32,824 bases of DNA from Nitrospirae bacterium CG2_30_53_67 (GTDB lineage: Bacteria; CG2-30-53-67): positions 1-32,824 of the forward strand of contig MNYV01000044.1 in the NCBI GenBank assembly GCA_001873285.1. The letters are read 5' to 3'. The notes below the pieces were generated by a model. It did no database searches. It had not been told where the DNA came from and saw only the letters and a program-made list of their open reading frames with translations. The position numbers were made by a program, and so were the translations under genes. Below are positions 9,371 through 19,266 of this stretch, in pieces; positions within the stretch are counted from its first letter, which is position 1, and each line of letters starts with the position of its first letter.

Positions 9371-9769
9371 ATGGATGAGATCCATACGATTCAGACCAGC
9401 AGCCGGATCGAGATGGTTGACATCACCCCGATGATTCATCGGATGGTGGAGAGGTCGGGCGTGAAAAACGGCCTATGCGTCATCTATATTCCACATACCA
9501 CGGCTGCAGTGACCATCAATGAGAATGCCGATCCGGATGTGAAGATGGACTTGTTGCAGCATTTATCCTCCCTGATCCCGGTAACAGGAGGCTACAGGCA
9601 CATGGAAGGAAATGCCGATGCCCACATCAAGGCCGCTCTTATCGGGTCTTCTGAAACGATCCTGATTGTGAATGGGCGTTTGATATTGGGGGCTTGGCAA
9701 TCGGTTTTCTTCTGCGAATTTGATGGTCCAAGAACCCGGAAATACCATGTCAAGGTGATAGAAGGGTGA
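9371..9769 (+). CDS. yjbQ: YjbQ/UPF0047 family protein
   Basis: HTTAAVTINENADPDV, HMEGNADAHIK, LGAWQSVFFCEFDGPR. Confidence 0.92.
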   Translation: MDEIHTIQTSSRIEMVDITPMIHRMVERSGVKNGLCVIYIPHTTAAVTINENADPDVKMDLLQHLSSLIPVTGGYRHMEGNADAHIKAALIGSSETILIVNGRLILGAWQSVFFCEFDGPRTRKYHVKVIEG

Positions 9770-9796
9770 TCCCCCCGGAATTTCCGGGGGGATCAC
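9766..9796. terminator. Perfect hairpin between convergent yjbQ and ferredoxin
   Basis: GTGATCCCCCCGGAA-T-TTCCGGGGGGATCAC. Confidence 0.75.
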
Positions 9797-9800
9797 GATT

Positions 9801-9986
<186 letters not shown>

Positions 9987-10066
9987 TCATACAGTCAATC
10001 AGATCCTTCCGGCGATTTAAGGACATCAGCAAGAGACGCCTGATTGAAACCGAAAGAGATCATGGA

Positions 10067-10285
10067 TCAAACGGATTCAACACCCACCACTCCTGGAACC
10101 TCTTTTTTCAGGAGCTGTTCGATGCCGTTTTTTAATGTCATCTGGGACATGGGGCAGCCCCCGCATGCGCCGGTCAGACGTACCTTAACCAGGCCGTCCA
10201 CCACGTCAACCAAGTCCACGTTTCCTCCATCCCGCTTAAGAGAGGGGCGGATTTTTTCCAAAGCCTTTTCAATCTCTTCTCTCAT
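10067..10285 (-). CDS. NifU C-terminal domain (Nfu-type) Fe-S carrier
   Basis: IRPSLKRDGGNV, LTGACGGCPMSQMTLKNGIE; SD GAGGAGG. Confidence 0.93.
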   Translation of the reverse strand: MREEIEKALEKIRPSLKRDGGNVDLVDVVDGLVKVRLTGACGGCPMSQMTLKNGIEQLLKKEVPGVVGVESV

Positions 10286-10327
10286 GATTTAATCCTCCTC
10301 AAAATGTCCGGATACAAAACCATACTA

Positions 10328-10356
10328 AATATATTATCTTATTATTGAATTGTCAA
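10328..10356 (-). promoter_or_regulatory. Possible sigma70 promoter for nfu-ferredoxin
   Basis: TTGACA-17 nt-TATATT on the minus strand. Confidence 0.5.
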
Positions 10357-10976
10357 GGGCTATCTGAGGTCCTATGAAAAGGAATCCCTTCGTAGCGGTC
10401 ACCCGTCAGGTGAGTAAAAGCAATCTGGTCAAATAGTTTTCCGGCGGAAAATATATCCGAGGCAGATTGAACCATCCCGAGCTTATTGAAATAAAGGTTC
10501 CGACTGACATCAAAACGGTCAAATTCAAAAGTGCCGTCTTTGAGAAGGATTTTTTCTGGTTCTGCATGTCCAGCGGTTCTTTGGCATCCCTCCCAGGTCA
10601 GAATCACGGAAACACCCTGGATCTTGGATGCTCCCAGCAAATAGAAGGAAAACCTCCGGCTATATAGAGACCTGATCATCTGATCAGCCAGAATTTCATC
10701 AATAGAATGGGGGTCTTGCTGCATGATTTTTGAAAGCCGTCCCGGATGAATCTTCAAAGAGATGACGAGGTAATGGTTCTCCTCGTCCATGTATGCCCCA
10801 TGATACAAGAAATCCTGGAAGGTATCCTGTAAAAACTCCTGGATGGTTTCTTCGTCACCTTTCTTTTCATAGGAAACGGCAAATGCCGATTGGATATTTA
10901 AAAAAACAAGGAAGAAAAGGAAAACCGGGAATATGGACCGGCTATGGTTTGACGGGTTTGTATTTTTTATATGCAT
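10353..10976 (-). CDS. Hypothetical exported protein
   Basis: Signal-peptide-like N-terminus ending AFA; start abuts the upstream stop codon. Confidence 0.6.
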   Translation of the reverse strand: MHIKNTNPSNHSRSIFPVFLFFLVFLNIQSAFAVSYEKKGDEETIQEFLQDTFQDFLYHGAYMDEENHYLVISLKIHPGRLSKIMQQDPHSIDEILADQMIRSLYSRRFSFYLLGASKIQGVSVILTWEGCQRTAGHAEPEKILLKDGTFEFDRFDVSRNLYFNKLGMVQSASDIFSAGKLFDQIAFTHLTGDRYEGIPFHRTSDSP

Positions 10977-11171
10977 CTATTCAAAACACCCCAACTGGCA
11001 GCGGCTGATTTTAATATGAATTCGATTACAGACCTCGCCGACTCTTTGTCTGGATACGTTCTCCTGTAGAGCGATCTGAAATGCCGTTTTACAAGGGAGA
11101 CGGCCGTTTTCCAATTGGCTCTTGATGACCTCTTCCAATTTTTTTTCCAAGTCCGGATGCAGTAATTCCAT
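10977..11171 (-). CDS. Small conserved Cys-containing hypothetical protein
   Basis: LPCKTAFQIA...VGEVCN...IKISRCQLGCF pattern familiar from anaerobes; start uncertain (11171 or 11189). Confidence 0.75.
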   Translation of the reverse strand: MELLHPDLEKKLEEVIKSQLENGRLPCKTAFQIALQENVSRQRVGEVCNRIHIKISRCQLGCFE

Positions 11172-11249
11172 ATTTTTTAACCTGCACAATTTCTAAAAAA
11201 AATAATATATCAAAATCAAATGTCCATTTGCAAGATGATTTTTCATCCC

Positions 11250-11373
11250 GGGTGTGCGACAAATTTATGGGTAAATATTTCTCTAAGAGCGTCATTCCCC
11301 GACTGGATCGGGGGAACGGACAATGACAAACATATGTAACCCTGATTTGTACCCGCAAATTTGTCGCAGACCC
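11250..11373. mobile_element. MITE-like element (124 bp) containing a REP-like hairpin
   Basis: 24-bp TIRs GGGTGTGCGACAAATTTATGGGTA / TACCCGCAAATTTGTCGCAGACCC (3 mismatches); flanks TTTCATCCC and TTCCATCCT resemble a decayed TSD. Confidence 0.7.
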
Positions 11374-11474
11374 TTCCATCCTTGATAATTTTCCATCCTT
11401 AATCCCGATATAAAAATTCCAATTGGGGGGATTCCTAAAAGTGGAAGAAGTCTTTTTTTTATTTTATCATTCAC

Positions 11475-11502
11475 TTGACAAAATTTCGCATCAGGGTAAA
11501 AT
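11475..11502 (+). promoter_or_regulatory. sigma70 promoter for the lipoprotein-ompA pair
   Basis: TTGACA-16 nt-TAAAAT. Confidence 0.55.
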
Positions 11503-11567
11503 GGTTGCAAACTTTTTTATTTTCCAAAGAAATAACCCATTATTTTAAACATACTCATTGAAAGGGG

Positions 11568-11855
11568 GTGAAGGGGATGAAACCATTCATGGAAACGGTA
11601 AGTCTTATCGTCGTCGGGCTTTTTATATCAGGATGCGCGGTTTATACGCCTAAAGACATCCAGTCCGTAGAACAGTTGGTCTCCGAGGCTGCTTCCGCCG
11701 GGGCGGAGAAGAAGGCAGCCTATGAGTATTACAGCGCCGTGGAACATCTGAACGTCGCAAAGGATGAACTCTCTGAGGCGGACGACAAGAACGCCAAGGT
11801 ATTCGGCGAAAAGGCTCAAGCCATGGCTGAAAAGGCCATACAGAAATCTAAATAA
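11568..11855 (+). CDS. DUF4398-like lipoprotein
   Basis: Lipobox ISGC; helical AxxAGAxxxAxxEY pattern; upstream of an OmpA gene; start may be 11577. Confidence 0.75.
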   Translation: MKGMKPFMETVSLIVVGLFISGCAVYTPKDIQSVEQLVSEAASAGAEKKAAYEYYSAVEHLNVAKDELSEADDKNAKVFGEKAQAMAEKAIQKSK

Positions 11856-11860
11856 AGGAG

Positions 11861-12559
11861 GTGATGACGATGTCCGTTAAAAGAATTTTTTTATTGTTTA
11901 TTACGGGATTTTCTCTGATGTTGTTCGGTTGTACTTCGATGGCCACCAAACAGGCCATACAGGGTGATTACGATAATGCGCTTCGAGTCTTTCATGCGCT
12001 TCCTGCCAATGCAAAGGAATGCGCTCCTCAGGAATATGCCAAATCCGAAGCCACCCTGGCGCATGTGGAAGAAGAATTATCGGAAAACCATTGGAGCTTC
12101 GCAAGAAAATATATTCCCATGGCCGATGAACAGGTTCGGGATACGGCGGCGGCAGTGAAAAGGAGATGTCCTGAAACGGCAAAGGAATCGCCTCCACCTC
12201 CTCCGGCTGAAAAGCCTGCCTTTATTCTTGAAGGGATCACCTTTGATTTTAACAAGGCGACCATCAGGCCTTCTTCTGAGCCTACCCTGAAAGAGGCCGG
12301 CTCGGTCATGCAGAGGTTCTCTTCGGTTAAGGTCCGGATTGAAGGACATACCGACAGTATCGGTTCTGAGAAATACAATCAGAACCTCTCAGAAAGAAGG
12401 GCGAACGCGGTAAAAGATTACCTGGTGAAAAACTTCGAGATTGATCCGAGCCGCATTGAAACAGTGGGGTTCGGAAAAAGCAAGCCCCTCGCGGATAACA
12501 AGACCGATGAAGGTCGTGCCAAGAATCGCAGGATCGAATTCGTGGTCACGGCTCAATAG
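11861..12559 (+). CDS. OmpA-family peptidoglycan-binding lipoprotein
   Basis: Lipobox LFGC, Pro linker, IEGHTDSIG, NQNLSERRA, GRAKNRRIEF. Confidence 0.92.
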   Translation: MMTMSVKRIFLLFITGFSLMLFGCTSMATKQAIQGDYDNALRVFHALPANAKECAPQEYAKSEATLAHVEEELSENHWSFARKYIPMADEQVRDTAAAVKRRCPETAKESPPPPPAEKPAFILEGITFDFNKATIRPSSEPTLKEAGSVMQRFSSVKVRIEGHTDSIGSEKYNQNLSERRANAVKDYLVKNFEIDPSRIETVGFGKSKPLADNKTDEGRAKNRRIEFVVTAQ

Positions 12560-12569
12560 GCTTACAGGT

Positions 12570-12610
12570 CCGGAGGGGAGGGGACTTCCCTCCGGGCATC
12601 TGTTTTATTT
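12570..12610 (+). terminator. Probable intrinsic terminator after the ompA-like gene
   Basis: CCGGAGGG/CCCTCCGG stem followed by a T-rich tract. Confidence 0.55.
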
Positions 12611-13144
12611 TTCAAGGACGAGATTGACATCACTGATCAGGTTCGAAAGTTTTTTACCATCCTGGGATACTCGATCTTCACCCTGAGCAGAGAAGGGGAT
12701 CATGCCCTCCTTCTCTCTATAGACGTTGTAGATCCCTTTCGGTCCCGAATTAAGGAACAAAAGCGCATAGTCTCCCTTGTTCAGAACGGGTGAATGGGTC
12801 CTGACCTGTTTCATCCCGTTTATACATCCTCCCCATGTCTCAATGGTCACCGTATCTCCGGGCCGGATTCGGCCCTTAACATTTTTTTCTACCAGGAATT
12901 TTGTATGGGTGATGATATTCATGCTGGTCTCGGCCCAACAACACTGGTTCACCAGAACCTTTCCGAAGATGATGACCTCTGAGTTTCTGCTCAGGGCATC
13001 GAGGTCTGTTGACCACGAGAGGGTCGGGGAACTGAGGCATAAGGAAACAAGGAGCAGAGAAAGGGACAGAGAGAAGCGATTTGATCGGGATGTCGTCGGG
13101 TTAAAAATGCTGTAAAACGGAGATAAAATGCTTAAATAGCTCAT
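12605..13144 (-). CDS. Hypothetical secreted protein
   Basis: Signal-like hydrophobic stretch; beta-rich VIIFGKV...TWGG...YALLFL pattern; consensus promoter upstream. Confidence 0.7.
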   Translation of the reverse strand: MSYLSILSPFYSIFNPTTSRSNRFSLSLSLLLVSLCLSSPTLSWSTDLDALSRNSEVIIFGKVLVNQCCWAETSMNIITHTKFLVEKNVKGRIRPGDTVTIETWGGCINGMKQVRTHSPVLNKGDYALLFLNSGPKGIYNVYREKEGMIPFSAQGEDRVSQDGKKLSNLISDVNLVLEK

Positions 13145-13170
13145 TTTGAACCTTTTTAATTCCTAATTAA

Positions 13171-13200
13171 ATTATAAACCTATCAATTCAACTCTGTCAA
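13171..13200 (-). promoter_or_regulatory. sigma70 promoter
   Basis: TTGACA-18 nt-TATAAT on the minus strand. Confidence 0.7.
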
Positions 13201-13303
13201 AACAAAATTTGATTTTTAAACCTTTTCAGCGCAGAATACGTTTTTGTTTTTATGGACCCGTACCTCGACGATGATCAGGAATCGCTCAATCTGATAAAAC
13301 ATT

Positions 13304-15774
<2,471 letters not shown>

Positions 15775-15819
15775 GTTCTCTTTAGAAGAAGGTGAGCAAT
15801 TCCGGACAAAATCAAGTTT

Positions 15820-17289
15820 CTATCGAGGCTCCACTTCCTGCTGCAGTCTTTGTATCTCTTTTTTGATCAGCACTTCAGCAAGATCGGGTATGACATCCCA
15901 TGCGATTCGCTCAATGATTTCGGATGCCATCTTGTTGACCATATCGGCAAGTATTCTCCGGACCGTTTCTTCATCGAGAGACGGCGCGGGTCCGGAGGCC
16001 ACCCTGTCCTGAAGGGGTTTCTCCACCACTTCCTTGGAAATCGCTTCAGGCTCGCCCCCGAAGGTGGTGAGTTCCGGAGACCATTCCGACGTGGTTGCGC
16101 CCCGTGTCGGGAAGACGTCCTCGAAGGATTCCCCGGCATCTTCAGAAAAAGCGGCGGCAGCGGGTTTCCCCTCGATGGGTTTTACCGAAGAAGTTTCGCG
16201 TTCTTCTTCCACCGCGCGGATGATTTCATCATCTGATAGGTCTGTTTGCGGTTCTTCAGAGGAGGATGAAGTCCCGGCGGATTCATCCTCGGCCATGAAG
16301 GCGTCCAAATCCACGGCATGGGTTTCAACCCGGAACGGTTTTTCTTCCCGGACCTCTTCGAGTTTAAGAAGATCGGGTCCCTCTGCATACTCCTCGGGGA
16401 TCTCGTAAAGATTCACCTCTTCCTCATCGACGAGTTCTTCGTCGATTTCCTGCGTTTCGGAAGAGGTTGAAAGCTCATCATACATGGGATACTTTTCCTC
16501 GGAAGGCGTTCGAAGATCATCGGTTGTTTTTGTTTCCGCAGGTTCAGAAATATTTTCAAGAGATTCAGGAGAGATTTCTTCCGGAACCGTCTGCTCGAAG
16601 GTTTCCGTAATGAGTTCTTCGGCGGTTTTCTCTCCGGGCGTGACAGAGGAATCCATCAGCGCCGTCTCTTCGAATCCGGGTAGTTCATCCGGAAGAGCCT
16701 CATCGGTCTCTTCATGCGGGGTAAAACCTGATGCAGAGACTTCTTGTCGGTTATCCAATGCCTCTTCCGTCCCGGTCATGAACTCGTCGGTCAGTTCAAA
16801 TTCGAATTCTTCCTCTTCCACCTTTTCAGGTCCAGGCGCTCCGGCTTTCATTCCGGACTCCAAAGAAGGGACAGCTTCGTCCTTTGTTTGGGAGAGGAGG
16901 GCTTCTTTGACCGGCTCTCTTTTTTTCTCCAGACAGGCTCGGATCTTCCTGGTCAATTCTTCGGATTCAAAGGGTTTTATAATATGGTCATCCGCGCCGA
17001 CCAGGGTTCCCCGATCCTGATCAAAGGTCTCGAAGGTGCTGCAGAGGAGAATGACCGGCACATGGGACAGGGATGGCTGCTGATGGATCTTTCCGCAGAG
17101 TTCGTAGCCGTTCAGTTCCGGCATCACGATATCGGCCAAAATCAGATCGGGTTTGATCTCATCAGCTTTTTGCAGGGCTGAAGCGCCGTCGGAGACCATG
17201 GTGAGATCGTAGTCCTCGTCGGCGAGTGTGAGCTCCACAACCTTCTGAATGGTGACACTGTCATCAGCCAATAAAATTTTTTTACCCAT
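15820..17289 (-). CDS. RomR-like response regulator (REC, acidic disordered linker, conserved C-terminal helix)
   Basis: LLADDSVTIQKVVELT receiver; C-terminus EIIERIAWDVIPDLAEVLIKKEIQRL resembles Myxococcus RomR. Confidence 0.85.
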   Translation of the reverse strand: MGKKILLADDSVTIQKVVELTLADEDYDLTMVSDGASALQKADEIKPDLILADIVMPELNGYELCGKIHQQPSLSHVPVILLCSTFETFDQDRGTLVGADDHIIKPFESEELTRKIRACLEKKREPVKEALLSQTKDEAVPSLESGMKAGAPGPEKVEEEEFEFELTDEFMTGTEEALDNRQEVSASGFTPHEETDEALPDELPGFEETALMDSSVTPGEKTAEELITETFEQTVPEEISPESLENISEPAETKTTDDLRTPSEEKYPMYDELSTSSETQEIDEELVDEEEVNLYEIPEEYAEGPDLLKLEEVREEKPFRVETHAVDLDAFMAEDESAGTSSSSEEPQTDLSDDEIIRAVEEERETSSVKPIEGKPAAAAFSEDAGESFEDVFPTRGATTSEWSPELTTFGGEPEAISKEVVEKPLQDRVASGPAPSLDEETVRRILADMVNKMASEIIERIAWDVIPDLAEVLIKKEIQRLQQEVEPR

Positions 17290-17456
17290 GGATGCCCCCT
17301 CCCACTGGAAAGGCAAGAATCAAACCCGAAGATGGATAACCTATTGAAATAACAAAATACCAGATGAATCAATCATAGTATAGATCAGGCTGAATTGCAA
17401 GATTAAATTTGGTGAAAGTTGATATGCGGCAATGGGTTAAGCCCTTCTTCATGGTT

Positions 17457-18323
17457 TCAAGCCCGTTCAGAGGTTTCTGATCCGCCGGTCAGGGTCTGAA
17501 AGGCATATCGGATCTGCCGGGTGATCGGCCCGACCCCCAGTTTTTTTTGGTTAATCCGGCTGACCGGCATGACCTCATAGGTGGTGTTGGTCAGAAAAAT
17601 CTCATCTGCGGTGTCGAGCTTTTCAGAGGGGAAGAGACCTTCTTCCACGGGGATCCCTTTTGTTGCGGCAATTTCCAGGACCACTTTTCTTGAGATTCCA
17701 TCGAGTATCCCGGCGGACAGTGCGGGGGTAAAAAGGATCCGATCTTTTACAAAAAAGATGTTGCTGACACTCCCCTCGGCAAGAAATCCGTCATGGTTGA
17801 GGAGGATTCCTTCATCCGCCCCGGATTTTTTGGCCTCGATCTTAGCCAGGATGTTGTTCAGAAAATTTGTGGACTTGATGCCCGGATCGAGCGCCTCCGG
17901 GAGGTTTTTTCTGATATGGACCCACGCGATAGGTATCCCCTTCTCAACCATCTTTTCCGGGTAGCCGGAAAAAGGCCGAGTCAGCACGGTCATGGTGGGC
18001 CCTTTGCACAGATCCGGGTCCAGGCCCGCCGGTCCAACCCCCCTGGAGATGGAAAGGCGGAGAACCGCGTCCCCGCATTCATTGGCGTTAAGGCATTCCT
18101 TAAGGACGGCTCTCAGGGCCGGACGGTCCCATGACATGGTGAGGCGGATCCTGCGGGCCGACTCAAACAGCCGGTCGAGGTGATCCATGATCCTGAAGAT
18201 GCGGCCGGAGTAGGAACGAAGGGTTTCAAAGATACCGTCCCCATAAAGAAAACCATGATCGAAGACCGAAATTCTGGCTTCCTCTTCCGGAAAGAACTCT
18301 CCATTGATAAAAACCTTTGACAT
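17457..18323 (-). CDS. Class IV PLP enzyme (IlvE/PabC family)
   Basis: DHGFLYGDGIFET, HLDRL, IKSTNFLNN, EGSVSNIF, LDGISR. Confidence 0.92.
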   Translation of the reverse strand: MSKVFINGEFFPEEEARISVFDHGFLYGDGIFETLRSYSGRIFRIMDHLDRLFESARRIRLTMSWDRPALRAVLKECLNANECGDAVLRLSISRGVGPAGLDPDLCKGPTMTVLTRPFSGYPEKMVEKGIPIAWVHIRKNLPEALDPGIKSTNFLNNILAKIEAKKSGADEGILLNHDGFLAEGSVSNIFFVKDRILFTPALSAGILDGISRKVVLEIAATKGIPVEEGLFPSEKLDTADEIFLTNTTYEVMPVSRINQKKLGVGPITRQIRYAFQTLTGGSETSERA

Positions 18324-18324
18324 A

Positions 18325-19257
18325 TCAGCCTCTGTAAATTTTGTAATGACTTCCTTCCATACTTTTAACCTTCTTTTTGACTTGGGCGACCTTGTGGCCG
18401 ATCTCTGAAAGATTTTGAAAGGATTTTTTTTCGTTGATAACCACAGCGATGGAAATGGTCATGATGGGGAACTTCTTTTTCTTCCCGGAGCGGTCAGCCG
18501 CCGTAAAACCGCCGCGTTCGAGATGTTTGGGTTGATAATGAGACCGGATCTTTTCATCAAACTCGCGTATGATCTTCTGACAGATGACTTCCGCACGTTC
18601 AGGACGGGTGATGACGAGGAAATCGTCTCCGCCGATGTGACCGATAAAATCGCCTTCTCCCCCTTCCAGAATAACGACACCGGCGATGATCCGTCCGGCC
18701 ATCTGGATGACTTTGTTGGCCGAATCGAATCCATAGGTGTCGGCATAGGCCTTGAAGTTGTCCAGGTCCGGGTAACAGATGGCAAAGGGCTCTTCTTGCT
18801 CGAGTCTCCTTAAAATCTCTCTCTCCACCGCAGCGTTCCCCGGCAGGTTGGTGGTGGGGTTTCTATCGGCTTCCCGGACCGTATGGCGGATCAATGCCTG
18901 GACCCTTGCAACCAGTTCCCTGTTGTCAAAGGGTTTGCAGAGGTAATCGTCGGCCCCGGCATCCAGGCCGTGAACCCTGTCTTCCACGCTCGCCTTGCCG
19001 GAGAGCATCAGGATCGGAATCCTGGAGAGGAATATGTTCTTCTTGATCCGGTCGCAGATCTCCAATCCGGTGATCTCCGGCATGTTGGAATCCAGGATCA
19101 GAAGGTCGGGCGGTCCCTGTTCGATGAGTTTCAATGCATCGAGCCCGGAACTCGTCGTGATACAGTCATATCCGGACCGGTTCAGAACAAAATTGACGAG
19201 CCCGAGGACGTTTTCTTCGTCATCTACGGCCAGGACTTTGTATTTTTTTATAACCAT
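18325..19257 (-). CDS. REC-GGDEF dinucleotide cyclase (GGDDF, atypical base-binding residues)
   Basis: Receiver (VDDE, LDSNMP, KPF) plus NPTTNLPGN, DLDNFK, GHIGGDDF, TISIAV. Confidence 0.92.
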   Translation of the reverse strand: MVIKKYKVLAVDDEENVLGLVNFVLNRSGYDCITTSSGLDALKLIEQGPPDLLILDSNMPEITGLEICDRIKKNIFLSRIPILMLSGKASVEDRVHGLDAGADDYLCKPFDNRELVARVQALIRHTVREADRNPTTNLPGNAAVEREILRRLEQEEPFAICYPDLDNFKAYADTYGFDSANKVIQMAGRIIAGVVILEGGEGDFIGHIGGDDFLVITRPERAEVICQKIIREFDEKIRSHYQPKHLERGGFTAADRSGKKKKFPIMTISIAVVINEKKSFQNLSEIGHKVAQVKKKVKSMEGSHYKIYRG

Positions 19258-19266
19258 CTATTCCAC

